Shown: positions 31,003 to 42,637 of the stretch, piece after piece
Layout: each line of letters begins with the position of its first letter
Numbering within the stretch: the first letter of the stretch is position 1
From: Trypanosoma brucei
Taxonomy: Eukaryota
Length of the DNA: 64,000 nt
Reading direction: 5' to 3'
Assembly (NCBI GenBank): GCA_000002445.1
Contig: CH464491.1
Span: 1,024,001 to 1,088,000, forward strand
The notes under the pieces: generated by a model
Database searches by the model: none
What the model was told of the DNA's origin: nothing
Seen by the model: the letters and a program-made list of their open reading frames with translations, nothing else
Position numbers and translations under genes: made by a program

Positions 31003-32811
31003 ATGGCCGCGGCTCCAAGTGCGACAGCACCTAAGCATAACTACACACTCGGAACAAATGCTTCGCAACTCGAGCTGTACAAGTACCTCAAGACTGTTCC
31101 TCCCATCCCAGAGCTGCGACAGGCGGTAACAATTAAGAAGTACGAAGAGGCTTCTGTTGATGATACCTTGTACCCGTTGATTGATGAGCACCAGATCATC
31201 ATGGTGGTCGGTGCTTTCTTCGGAGATGAGGGAAAGGGGAAGACAGTGGATGCCGTTGCTCGCCACCCCGCATGCACGTGCGTCGCCCGAGTTAACAGCG
31301 GAGAAAATGCTGGACACACAGTCTTTGATGACATTGGCCGCAAGTATGTGTTTAACCTTGCCCCATCCAGCCTTCTCACGCCCAACACGCGCAACTACGT
31401 GAGCTCGGAGTGTGTTATGGATCCCATTAGCTTCATGGAGAGGGAGATAGGACAATTTATCAAATCAAATATGCCCTACAAGGACAAGCTCTTTGTTGGC
31501 AATGTTTTTGTGGTTACACCCTACCACAAGTTGCTTGATTTGCTTGGATCCGCACCAAACTCCTCAACCTTGAAGGGCATGTCCCCCATCCATGCCTCAA
31601 AGGTGACGAAGCGTGGCATCCGCCTGGACCACATTTTCAATGATGAGGGGGTTCTCCGAGCCCGGCTTGCTAAGGACATGGACACATACTATGGATTGCT
31701 AAAAGTTAAGGGACTAACCGATAAGGATGTGGTCCGCCGCTGTCAAGAGGAGAATGCTGATGGTGTGGAGCGTGTGCCAGGTTATGTGGTAGACTTTGCG
31801 CGGGCGGAGAATAAGATCGACTATTTGGTGAAACTCTACACTGAGCGAGTGAAGAACAACAAGGACTTCCCACGGCGTTGTGACGTGACCCATGAATTAC
31901 GCGCGGCACTTGCCAGGGGTGAGAAATTGCTGTTGGAGGGCCCGCAGTCCTACTGGCTGAGTAACGCCCGTGAGAAATTCTGGGAGAGCACCACCTCCGC
32001 GGACACGACGGCAGGTGGACTACTGGCCTCTGCTCAGTTCAACTTTCAGCGGTATAAAGTTTTGGTGATTAATGTGCACAAGGCACCGGGAAGCAGCCGT
32101 GTTGGAATTGGCGCAAACCCCAGTAGCTTTGTCCCGCAAGATTATTACTCCGCCCAGGACATAAAGACCCTTGAGGCGCTACCCAAGGGTGGGTGCGTTG
32201 ACTTCGACAAGATTCAAAACTTCTTTTACACTAAGGCGTTTAACACCGAGTCGAAAACCTTTAACGGCATATATGAGCCGCTGGAGTACGAGGATGCCAC
32301 TGGGAAGTATAACATTGGCGTCGCGATGTCCATCGCTTCTGCCCGCCATCATGGGGAATGCGGTGCAGTCACCAAAAAACCGCGCGTCTGCGGGTTCTTC
32401 GACTGCGTGTTGCACTTTGAGGTTAACGCGGTCCAGGGGCCGTACCTTTCCATCTCTGCAGTCGACCGTGGTGACGACTACGATAGGATTGGTATTACAA
32501 TTGCATATGTTTACTACGATGTGGGAAATAAGATGGTGGACGCGAACGGCCGTGTGTACAAGAATGGAGATATCATCAAAGCCGGAGACCCGGTGCCTTG
32601 CGAGATGGCGTTGTACCACTGCTATCCAATTGTGAAAGTTATCAACGGATGGAAAGGCGCTCCCATTGCGGCTTCGAAGCGTCGTCCTAACGAGCCACTG
32701 CCGAAGGGCGTGTGTGAATTCATCGCAAATGTGGAATTCTTCACTGGCGCAAAAGTTATTTCCATTGGCAACGGCCCGAGGGGTTCAGACATTATATACC
32801 TCAAGCAATAA
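31003..32811 (+). CDS. ADSS: adenylosuccinate synthetase (long kinetoplastid-type, 602 aa)
   Basis: GTP-binding P-loop GAFFGDEGKGK (compare QWGDEGKGK), TLKGMSP (compare TTxxGIGP) and a LLLEGPQ segment (compare LLEGAQG). Kinetoplastid ADSS enzymes are known to be about 600 aa with insertions. Confidence 0.75.
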   Translation: MAAAPSATAPKHNYTLGTNASQLELYKYLKTVPPIPELRQAVTIKKYEEASVDDTLYPLIDEHQIIMVVGAFFGDEGKGKTVDAVARHPACTCVARVNSGENAGHTVFDDIGRKYVFNLAPSSLLTPNTRNYVSSECVMDPISFMEREIGQFIKSNMPYKDKLFVGNVFVVTPYHKLLDLLGSAPNSSTLKGMSPIHASKVTKRGIRLDHIFNDEGVLRARLAKDMDTYYGLLKVKGLTDKDVVRRCQEENADGVERVPGYVVDFARAENKIDYLVKLYTERVKNNKDFPRRCDVTHELRAALARGEKLLLEGPQSYWLSNAREKFWESTTSADTTAGGLLASAQFNFQRYKVLVINVHKAPGSSRVGIGANPSSFVPQDYYSAQDIKTLEALPKGGCVDFDKIQNFFYTKAFNTESKTFNGIYEPLEYEDATGKYNIGVAMSIASARHHGECGAVTKKPRVCGFFDCVLHFEVNAVQGPYLSISAVDRGDDYDRIGITIAYVYYDVGNKMVDANGRVYKNGDIIKAGDPVPCEMALYHCYPIVKVINGWKGAPIAASKRRPNEPLPKGVCEFIANVEFFTGAKVISIGNGPRGSDIIYLKQ

Positions 32812-33099
32812 AGTGGAGGTGAATAATGTGATGCGGTGAATATGTTTGCATGTGTGTTTGCTGTAGCTTTATGGATTGTGTTGGGTGGCGGGGGGTGGGA
32901 GCAATAAAGCAAAGAAGGAATGTAATTTATTTTAAGAGTGTAATGGTATTTTGTTAACGACGCAAAGCAAGGTGAGCAGCAACTGGGCTCAAGTGAAGGA
33001 AATGCATGAAAGGTCCATACGAGTTGCCAGCAATGACTGGACGTGCAAGAGGGGAGAAGGAGGGTAGTGGGATTGGTGTGAAGACAATGCAGTAAGGTG

Positions 33100-36000
33100 C
33101 ATTGTACTATGAAGAAGGATAAGGAATAGGGAACCACTTTTTCTTTCTTTCTTTTTTCTCTTTTTTTTTTCTGACTAATTTAGCCCATTCCTTATTTTGC
33201 TTTTATTATTATTATTATTATTTTGCGCCACCGCCTCTCCTCCCTGCACTCGTTTCGCACGTCCGCAATAGCGGCAACACCACCAAAAAGCAAGAAAAAT
33301 CTGAAAGAGGGGTTGAAGGAATGAAAAAAATTAAAGAAAAAAAAAGAGAAATGTGTGTTAACGGACCGTGAGGGCGGAGAATGACCGATAACCTTCCATT
33401 AATATTAATCTTTTATTATATCATTATTATACTGAAAATAAAAGGAAGGAAAAAAACAACAACAACAAAAAATGAAGGGGATTTCCCAATGGTTTTTGTA
33501 TATTCAACCCTTTGTCTTTGTCTTTTCTTTCCTTTTTGTTTTGTTTCATTCTCGTTAAATACGCACATGCAGAGAAAGAGGAAAGAGAGGAAGAAAGGAA
33601 AGCAAAAAAAAAAAAGATAATTTGGGGAGTTTGGGAATCCGAAGCGGGAAATTTATATTACGCCAAGCGGAAAGGAGAGGTTAAGATATTATGATAATAT
33701 TTTTATAATATAATTTGAGGGGGAAAAAAAAGAGAAGAGAGAGGGGAAGTAAACCATTTAACAAAAAAAAAAAGAATAAACAGTAAGTAAAGCATAAAAC
33801 GAAACAAAAACAAAGCCAAAGAAAAAGAAACAAAAAGTGAAAATAAATGTGGAGATGGGAGAAGGAGTGGGATCGAAATGAGTGTTTTGGCACTGGTGGG
33901 GACTGCGGGGTCAAGAGAGAAAAGAGAAACTAAAATATTTTGTGATAATTTATATGGATTGTGTTTAATTGCTCTGCCCCATTCCATCATTGCGCGTGTT
34001 TTTTTTTGTTTTTTTTTCTTCAGAAAGAAAGGAACAAAATGAATAGCTATAGGGGCAAAAGGGAAGGAGTGAGGAGGGAGAGAAAAATAAAGGTAAAGGT
34101 AAAGACAGAAGAAACGCTGCGCGTACTCGTGTTGTTGTAATTTGAGAGGGGTAACTGATGTGTAGGTTTTTATTCCATCGGCTCGCTGTGCAGTTGATGA
34201 ACGAATAAATCGGAAATAAAATACACACGCCCATTAAAAAAAAAAAAAAGGAAAAGAAAGAAAGAAAGAAAGGGATGAAAAAAAAAATAATTAAAACATT
34301 TACTGATGCAGCAGTTTTCTTCCCTTTTTGTTTCGTTTTTCGTCTTGTGGAGATTGTCTACGTTTGGTTGCTTTTATGGATATAGTGAGGAAGAAAGGCA
34401 AAAAGTTTTTCTTGTACTTTTTCGTCTTGTCTTTTGTTTTTAAAGGGGGGGAAAAAAATGGTCGAAGTAATATTAGGCTGGTGGGGGAGGGAAACTAATG
34501 GAAAACAAAAAGAAAAAAGAAAAAAAACAAGGAGGGAAGATGAGGAAAAGGGGATGAAATGGGAGGGACGCGACAGAAGGCAAATTATGTGAGTAATAAA
34601 AGCAATATTATTATTTATAATCGTAGGAACGATACTGATAGAAATAGTAATAATTGTTTTGGGGACCACGTGATGGTGCTGTTGGGTTAATATGGAGAAG
34701 AAGATAAGGGAAGACGAAGGAAAAAGAAAGGAAAGTGTGGTTGAATTTAAGGAAGTGAGAGAGGTGTTTTTTTTTTTTCAACCTCGTACCGATTCTTTTT
34801 TGTCCCTAATTTTTCTTTGCTTGTACATTTTGCCGGTAACGCCTTTTTTTTCTTTTTATTTTTCCTTTAACTGCTATTGTTACTATTGTTAATATTATTC
34901 GCTGAGTCTCCTTGGGGCGCCAGTATATATATATATATATATATACATATGTATCTTTCCAAATTTGTGTGTGAATGTGTGCATATGGCGCGGACTTTAT
35001 GTAGTCGAACCCATTCATTTATTTAGTGCCGTGGTGCATTTGGGTGTGAGGAGGGTTTCAAGGGAAGGCATTTTTTTTTTGCAAAATTTGGTTTTCTTTT
35101 TCTCTTTTTTTCTTTCTTTTGGCTGTTGTTTTCTCACTCTCCTTCTCTCCACATATATATTTTTTCCATTTCTGTTTTCATTTTTCTTTTCCTTTTTTTT
35201 TCCCTTTATGACCCTGGCACACGCGCACACAGGCATCATACGCTTACAGGATGGTTCCTTCTTTTACAATTGGTAGACGAATGTGTACTTTTTTTTTTAA
35301 AAAAATTATTGATTGACCGTTGATAATCATCATGTTTGCCTCATTTTTTCCCCTCCTCCATGTGTGTACTTCCCCCCTTTTTTTGTGGCAGTAAGAAATG
35401 AACCAGATAAAGAGAAACACAAACAGCAGAAGAAGACGGATGTTTGTTTGTGTTTGTGTGGATCATGCCACCTGTTTGCCGTAAGGTGAAGCGCACACTT
35501 CCTTCCGTGTTTCCACGTCTTTTCACATCGAATGGACAGTGACATGTTAGTAGTTGCCAGCTTCCTTTTCATCTAATTGTAGGGAAAGCCAATATATATT
35601 TATATGTTTATATAATTCGGTTGTGTGCGGGTACCCACTGGCTCTCTGTTTTGTTTCGTTTTTCTGTTTTTTTTGTGTTCTATGTTTCTTCCGGTTGCAT
35701 ACTCCCAATCCACCCTTCTCCACATATCTGTGTGCCGGGACCTGCGACCGCAGCCATTCGGCGCACTAGGAGGTTCAAATGTTTGCTGAATATTCTCATA
35801 TCTGTTAATTTACCAGCAGTGAACATTTTGTTTTTTTTTTTAAAAAAAAAAAGAGAGGAATAGTAATAATAAAATGAGAGAACAACAGGCGGCAAAAGTA
35901 ACCTGGTGACCCGTCCGTCTCCACCCTCTCCCTTTTTTCCCTTTTCCCTCCGTGGCTGAAGGCTTTTGGTGACTGATGAGGGCGGAGGTGGCTGGTAGCC

Positions 36001-36340
36001 GTTCCGCCTGCATTAACTCGGGAAGTAAAAAATAAAAAGTAAAAAAGGAAAGGAAAGTCAATGGACGGTACTCCGCATTCCACTCGCTGAGCGGAGCTGA
36101 ACTTCACTTTGCATCCTTCTTCTTTTCTTTTCTTTTTCTTTTTCTTTTTCTGCTTTCATACATTTTTCTCATTTTTGTAATTTCTGCTTCGCTGCGGTTG
36201 CGTTTTACCGATTATGCCTTCCGCCGTTCTTTGTGGCAGAGTGCAAAAGGTGCGAAGGCCATTGAAAACAGGGTTGGGGGTTCGTACCGTATAAATTAGA
36301 GTTTTCGTACTTGATAGATAAAATAAGGAAGCCAAAACTG
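33100..36340. repeat. Low-complexity spacer with alternating purine-rich (GA/GAAA) and pyrimidine-rich (CT/T) blocks
   Basis: Examples are (GAAA)n at 34256-34272, poly-purine runs at 33290-34300 and 34450-34760, and CT-rich runs at 34770-35330. No ORF shows protein-like composition. Confidence 0.8.
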
Positions 36341-36375
36341 TATTGTGGAAAGAAACTGGAGAGCGTGCTGAAACA

Positions 36376-36726
36376 ATGGCAGATAACCACGAAGAACCCC
36401 ATGAAGATGTGACTGTCAACAGCGATGTTATCCAGGAAGAGGTGGCAACGCTGCTCCGCATGAAGTTTGGGCAGGAGGTATGGAATCCACGCAAGGTGGA
36501 CAGTTGGGTCGACGATGTTGTCGACAGTGTTCTAAAGAACCTCACGGACTTGAAGAAACCCTTTAAATTTGTCGTCAGTTGTGTGATTATGCAGCGCACC
36601 GGGGCTGCCATTTCCACCGGCTTCATTAGTTTATGGGACAACACCTTTGATGGTGTTGTGCATGTGCCCTACGAGAACGAAACACTTCACTGCTTCGTGA
36701 CTGTCTTCTTCGTTAAACTGGATTAG
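36376..36726 (+). CDS. Tctex-1 family dynein light chain, 116 aa
   Basis: Size and C-terminal signature FISLWDNTFDGVVHVPYENETLHCFVTVFFV are typical of DYNLT/Tctex-1. The track ORF begins at TTG 36343; the first ATG (MADNHEE...) is at 36376. Confidence 0.6.
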   Translation: MADNHEEPHEDVTVNSDVIQEEVATLLRMKFGQEVWNPRKVDSWVDDVVDSVLKNLTDLKKPFKFVVSCVIMQRTGAAISTGFISLWDNTFDGVVHVPYENETLHCFVTVFFVKLD

Positions 36727-37885
36727 TGGGTATCATATCCTCGGGCACTGCGTTTCGCCGCCCCCACCGGCATAAGCCACATGTAAAGATTTGAGAGGGA
36801 AGATAACAGCGATGAATACCAAAGGAAAGGAGAGTGGAGAGGAGGGGAGGGGAGGGGGAGCAACAAATGCCGCACCGTGCACATACGGGAAAAGTGATAT
36901 ATATATATATATTTATTTATTTATTTTATACGTACGTGTTTGTGTGTGTGCTTGTTGGTTTGCGATTGGTTATTTGTTTACGTGAAGTGTGGTGAAATAG
37001 GCAGGTTGCGTGCGTGCGTGTTTTCAAATAGACGAGTAGAGGATTGTGTGTGGAAAGCGATTGGGAAGGACGAAAAGGGCATCAGGGGGTTTGGATTGCT
37101 TATGTTCTACTGGACTCGAGAGGTTTCTTTCACCCCCACTCAATTTATCTACTTTCCTACCTTTTTCGGAATTTGGGCGCGTCTGCGCCGTCCACTTGGA
37201 AAGATGCTGCAGCATACACATCCATGGGAATGTTCGCATTGCATTCCCCCCTTTTCCCACCTGTGGTCTGTTCCCCTGCATACTGTCTTATACCCGTTCT
37301 ACCTTAGATTTCTTTCCCTTCGACCACACATTTGCGCAAGTGTAATCTTTACGTTCTCGCCCCACCCTTCTGTTTTTTTTTTTACTCTTCACTCGACTCT
37401 CCCGTGTGCTGAAGGTGCGTGAATTTATCTTTGTTCGAGCTGCACGGTATTGAAGTGGCGTACCCGCATGTATCTGTGTGTGAAGTTTTTGGCGTTTCTG
37501 CCACTTTATTCCCATCCGTCATCGTACTCTTTGCCCCAGCCCTGTCACAATTTTTCTTTACCACTATAACTCTCTCGGTTTTCTTCCTTTATAATGTTTT
37601 CTTCCCTTCTTATGCATACCATTTATCAGGCATTATCCGCACCTGTGTTCTCACCCAGCCGCTGTAATCCCACTGCTGGTAGGCGTGTGTGTGTGTGTGG
37701 GGCAGCAAGGGGGAGGAGACACACCACCGTGGGCGGTTACAGAATAAGTGGGAATAACAATACCGAGTACACAAAAGCTGGCGACGCGTTGTTTTGTTTT
37801 TTTTTTTTGCACCCACGCGCATTGGCACTCACGGCTTTTTTCTTTCAGCGTTGTCGCCTCCACTTTTGCAGTGCATATCTTTTCT

Positions 37886-39259
37886 ATGCTCGTATGTTGT
37901 CGAAGCAGCTTATCTCTCCTTGCGCGCGCGACCATGCCGTTGTGCTGTTCTCGGCGTTTTTTGACCCATCAGAACAACATTGATGATATCAGCGGCCTCG
38001 TAGACACTAACAGCAACTCTGTTAGTGACGGGCGGCTGCATTGCAGCACGGGGGAAGGTGGAAAGGCTTCGACGTGTGAGCGCGTATCGTTGCGGACCAT
38101 CGCCGAATCGCTGGGAGCAGCGGCAGCGGCGGAACTGCGAGCCGAGGTGGAACGTGACACGCGAGATGGCGTTGCGGCGATTCCACCGCTACCGCCACTT
38201 GGCTGGAGGGTTCGCCATCCTTCAGGGTCTAATTATTTCGTTATGACGCGCACTTTAAAGAACGGCGTCCAGTCTGCGGAGCTGAACAATAGGCGTTATC
38301 GTAGCGTTCACGATATTTTTTTGCAGTCTTTACAAAAAGGTGGGCACAAGTATGCGCAAAAGGGGAAAGGGAGCGAAGGTAGGCAGAAACATGCCAAAGA
38401 GGAGGAGGAACCACCCTCACAGGAAGACGGCAAGTCTTCACCGAAGGTTACTGTTGGGTACGACCGGGAGGGGCGCGGTCACCGCGCCACACTTCAACGA
38501 ATGGACGAGTTGCACGACTCCCCCAAGCTGAGTCGTGCTGATGTGCATCTGACGGTATTTGCACCTTTCCGCGTGTACGACCCGTCATTACATGACCCCA
38601 CAGTGGACATTTGCGAGTGGTCCTCTTTTGACTTAGTTGTGCAGAAAACGGTGCCTGACAACAGGGTTGCAAACAAGCTTCTTCAGCCACTCTCGTGTAC
38701 CCCACAGGACGGTGCTCTCAGCATGTACGTATGTCTCGCCAGTGTTAACAGTGAGATGCGCATTCGATCCATACAGCTTCTTTCCATGAAGGAAGCGCAG
38801 GCTCTTGTTGAGCACGCATGTTTCGGGAATGGTGAGCCGCTCTTCTTGGAACTCCTTCGGCGAAGGGGACGGCGTCGGCCGCTGGTGGAGAGACGCTTTG
38901 ATGATCCTCGACTGCGATATGAGGAAGTTGCGCAACCTCAACAAGTAGCTGATGAGGCCGCCGTGGCGTGTTCTTCTTCATGCTACGGACCTTATTATCC
39001 TGCATTTGAGATGCTGATGGACTCCTGTGGTAGTGCGGGTGAGTACAGTCGTGCTCTTTGCTACGGAGGTCCCTACGTGAGTGAATTGTCAAGGGAATTG
39101 TGTGACGCTTTATTGGATTACATCAAAGGCGACTTGGGTGTATCAGATCAACTGTGCGAGTATGTGTGTCAAATGCAATTCTTCCTAGAGCAGGAGGAGT
39201 ACATGACGTGGCTGGGACAAGTACAGCATGTGGCAAATGCTGTATCGCGAACTGCATAG
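37886..39259 (+). CDS. hypothetical protein, about 457 aa
   Basis: The track ORF starts at GTG 37748 and runs through a poly-T tract. The first ATG after the candidate acceptor site (AG at 37857-58) is at 37886. No motif recognised. Confidence 0.4.
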   Translation: MLVCCRSSLSLLARATMPLCCSRRFLTHQNNIDDISGLVDTNSNSVSDGRLHCSTGEGGKASTCERVSLRTIAESLGAAAAAELRAEVERDTRDGVAAIPPLPPLGWRVRHPSGSNYFVMTRTLKNGVQSAELNNRRYRSVHDIFLQSLQKGGHKYAQKGKGSEGRQKHAKEEEEPPSQEDGKSSPKVTVGYDREGRGHRATLQRMDELHDSPKLSRADVHLTVFAPFRVYDPSLHDPTVDICEWSSFDLVVQKTVPDNRVANKLLQPLSCTPQDGALSMYVCLASVNSEMRIRSIQLLSMKEAQALVEHACFGNGEPLFLELLRRRGRRRPLVERRFDDPRLRYEEVAQPQQVADEAAVACSSSCYGPYYPAFEMLMDSCGSAGEYSRALCYGGPYVSELSRELCDALLDYIKGDLGVSDQLCEYVCQMQFFLEQEEYMTWLGQVQHVANAVSRTA

Positions 39260-39851
39260 GGAAGAAATTATGCAGACGAATGTGTTGGCGGGTTTCTGGT
39301 AACGGATTGATTTGTTTCCTCATATGTCAGCCTAAACATATGTGCTTGCTCATCTGTGTGTGTGTCTTTGTGCCTGTATCAAGGGGTGAACGCAGTGTGG
39401 TGTTTATCGTAGTGCGTGCCTTAAATGCTCTGTTTCTGTGCTTGCTTTCTTCTGTGTATTTGCGTGTTTCATCATTTGTTCCCATGCTTTTTAACTCTCC
39501 TTTAAATAAAAAAAAATGTGCGAAAAGTTTTGCCCTGAAATATATTTTTTTCTGTGAAGAAGAGGGGATCAGGTTGGAATTAGTGTTTTATCGAGGTAAG
39601 GGGAGAAAACACTACGTGGTTGCGGAGACGTATCAGCGAGTGGATATTCGACGAGTTCAAGGGTAAAAGTTGAGTAATAGGAAGGAAAAGGGTGAAGCGC
39701 TTGTAACCTTGCGGAAAGGATACTGCGGGAACACATATACACACAAATATATATATATAGTCCGTCTGAACTAAAGTGTACGACCTTCCATTGTATTGGA
39801 GAGGGGTGAGGAAGGCTCACAAAGCAAACAAAATAATAATATATTTGAGAG

Positions 39852-40322
39852 ATGGCAAATGCTGTTAGCGAAAAGGAGTTAGAAGAGTTTCGAGAGATGT
39901 TTGATCTTGTGGACACCACCCGCAGCGGCCGCATTTCCTGCACTGAGCTTCGCAGGTTGATGGAGACACTTCGACTTCGACCCACGGAGGAGGAACTCGA
40001 GCATATGCTCCGTAGCGCCGACGGTAATGATCCAGACAATGGTATTGATTTTGATGGGTTCGTTGCTATGATGTCGAAGCGAGTACAGACGGATTATACC
40101 CCTGAACAGTTGCGTACGGCATTCAAATTGTTTGAAACAGATGACATGCCAACTGGTTTCGTCTCTACAGAAGTTTTGACGCATGCGCTTGTATCATATG
40201 GAACGGAGAAACTCACTCACGACGATGCCATTAGGCTTCTCTCCACTCTGGATCCAGACAGAACAGGTCGGATCAATTACCTTGAGTTTGTGTCACTGGT
40301 AGGGGGCGGCGGTGTTATGTAG
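39852..40322 (+). CDS. EF-hand calcium-binding protein (calmodulin/centrin-like), 156 aa
   Basis: Canonical EF-hand loops DTTRSGRISCTEL and DGNDPDNGIDFDGF, plus the paired EF-hand architecture typical of calmodulin-like proteins. Confidence 0.7.
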   Translation: MANAVSEKELEEFREMFDLVDTTRSGRISCTELRRLMETLRLRPTEEELEHMLRSADGNDPDNGIDFDGFVAMMSKRVQTDYTPEQLRTAFKLFETDDMPTGFVSTEVLTHALVSYGTEKLTHDDAIRLLSTLDPDRTGRINYLEFVSLVGGGGVM

Positions 40323-40963
40323 AGGGGGATGAGATAGGATGAGATGGAGTAAGTGCGTTTGTATTGTACAAGGGCGAAGTAATGGTCTTTTTTTCCCCCC
40401 CCCTTTGCTGCCACCGTCGTCGCTGGTGGGAGTGGCTGTATCCCATGTTGTGGTATCATCATCTCCTTTTAGATTCCGCCTCCCAGCGCTAGTGTGATAT
40501 TTTTATTTCGCCTTGAAAATGGCTCCGCCCGTCTCGCAACACCTCAGCGCAACTTTAGAGTACAAAGGAGAGAAAGAGTCGCACTACTTCTGTTTCTCCC
40601 CTTCCTCACTTCCATTCATATGTTTATGTGAGATTTTTACGGGCATCTGTGCACCTGCTTCGTAGTTCTTGCTTATACCTACTTTGACCGACATACACGT
40701 AGATGCTGTTCCCACTCGCTTTCCTTTTCCCCTCCAAGTGTGTTTTGGTGTTTATGTGTGCCAGTGCGGCTGCATGTTGCAACTCTGTCCTCTCTTTTAC
40801 TTGCTTTCCTTTCTTTCGACTGTCCCTTTCCTGCGTGCTCTTCAAAAGCAGGAGGGGGCCAGTGCTCACACAGCCGTGCAGGGAAGCCAGAGGTTTTTAG
40901 TACGTAATAAGGTGAAGGACGGATACAGGTAGACCAAAGGAGCAAGTTTGAATAGTCAACGCA

Positions 40964-42091
40964 ATGAAAACTTTAGCCAAGAAAACACTGCAAGGAGGTG
41001 TTTCAGGGAAATGCGGCTCACAGATCATCATAGCGCATGGCCTGTTGGGCAACAGCACCAACTGGATGTCGGTGGGACGTCGGCTTGCTGCACATGATGG
41101 GGTACGCGGAAGGCTTGAGGAAATCCACATGCTTGACATGCGGAATCACGGAGAAAGTCCCCACTTCAATGCACACACAAATGCAACGATGGCATCGGAC
41201 ATCGAGCACTTTGTACTTCAGCAACAACGGCAGTGGCAATCTCGAGCGGGGGCGGAAGGTGACGGGGGAATAGTGTTAATCGGGCACAGTATGGGCGGAT
41301 TTGCCGTAATGGGTTCGATGCTTCGCCGTGCTAATGAGACCTCGCTGCTGTTGCAGTCGGGTGTGGAGGAACTCGAGCAGCGCTGCAAACGCGGTGACTA
41401 CTACGGTTGGTGTGACGAACAAGGGAATGCAGCGGAGATGCGGGCTGTGAACCGTGCGATGGGTTTGCCGGAGACGCAACCGTTATACGACATATTGTAT
41501 GACTGCAAGGGAGACAACGTTGCTCGTCCCCCGCGTGTGAAGGCGGTCGTCATTGTGGACATTACACCATCCACTGCCTTGGGGACACATCGGCAGCATG
41601 GTCAAAACTCATCGGAGACGCTTGATGCCATGGTGGCTGCTGACTTGTCTCGGGTACATAGTTTTGGTGATGGGAATGCAGAACTTGAGCGAGTGGGTGT
41701 TTCGAATAAGGCAATGCGTGATTTCCTGCTGACAAACCTTCGCCTCGATCCAAGAACAAAGGAGGCAACGTGGCGGTGCAACCTGCCAGTCCTTCGCGCA
41801 GACTATAATTCTATTGCACTAGGGGTGTCTGGTTGGTTTCTCTCTGCAAGTGAGAAAGTCTCACGTGACCGAGGCGGTGAGTTGGTGGCTCCGTTGAGGT
41901 GTTCGCTGCCTACATTGTTCGTTTTTGGGCAAAATTCACCCTACAACACACCTGAGGACCGTCGCCTCATTCCTCGGTTTTTCTCAAATGCGATTGAAGT
42001 TGAGGTGGAGGGCGCTGGCCACTTTGTCCACTACGAAAAAATGCAAGAGTTTGTGAACGTCGTAGTGCCGTTTTTGACGGAGTATTTGTAA
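40964..42091 (+). CDS. alpha/beta-hydrolase fold protein (ABHD11-like esterase/lipase)
   Basis: Nucleophile elbow GHSMGG (G-x-S-x-G), N-terminal IIAHGLLGNSTNW oxyanion-hole region, and a C-terminal catalytic His in GAGHFVHYEK. Confidence 0.7.
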   Translation: MKTLAKKTLQGGVSGKCGSQIIIAHGLLGNSTNWMSVGRRLAAHDGVRGRLEEIHMLDMRNHGESPHFNAHTNATMASDIEHFVLQQQRQWQSRAGAEGDGGIVLIGHSMGGFAVMGSMLRRANETSLLLQSGVEELEQRCKRGDYYGWCDEQGNAAEMRAVNRAMGLPETQPLYDILYDCKGDNVARPPRVKAVVIVDITPSTALGTHRQHGQNSSETLDAMVAADLSRVHSFGDGNAELERVGVSNKAMRDFLLTNLRLDPRTKEATWRCNLPVLRADYNSIALGVSGWFLSASEKVSRDRGGELVAPLRCSLPTLFVFGQNSPYNTPEDRRLIPRFFSNAIEVEVEGAGHFVHYEKMQEFVNVVVPFLTEYL

Positions 42092-42637
42092 ACGGGGATC
42101 GGCTCGTATCAAAGCTCTTATTCGAGGGTTGTGGACATGTTTGGCTTTGCTCCCGATTTGCAGAAAGAGAGGATGGGTTCATTTCTCTCGCAACTTGACG
42201 TGACCGATGCCAAGAATATGAATGCGTGAGGAAAAAAAGAAAGGATAAGTGAGGGGCACCGGAGGGAAAAGATCCCTTCTAAAGAGCTGAATATTAAGAA
42301 AAAAAAAGCGGAGAAACGGAGTAAATAAAGTAACATGCAAATGGAAGCAAGGAGAGGATGCTAGGAGATTACATGGGAAGCGGATCTGTTCCCTTTTCCA
42401 CTCCTTTCCCGAACGCCTGCTCCTCCTAATTTCATCGTTTTGACACCTGTGTGTTCATCATTGAGGTGCCTTCCATACTTCACTATTCTCCCCTCGCCCC
42501 TTGGCGGTGCTGCCACTGAGCTGCCTATTCGCCTCCCAGCGCCGGCTGTAGTTAGCGAGCGCTATTAGCGTATTTTTAACCAGGGCGTATCGTAATCGAC
42601 AACCAATGTAATTGGGTTGAACCGAGTGTTAAACGGA

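Noticed and set aside
33681-35018. Numerous 60-120-aa ORFs in the low-complexity spacers (for example 33681..33914, 33703..33990, 34358..34669, 52037..52405, 54082..54288)
   Set aside because: Their translations are homopolymeric F/L/S or K/E/G strings produced by CT- or GA-rich DNA, which is not protein-like.
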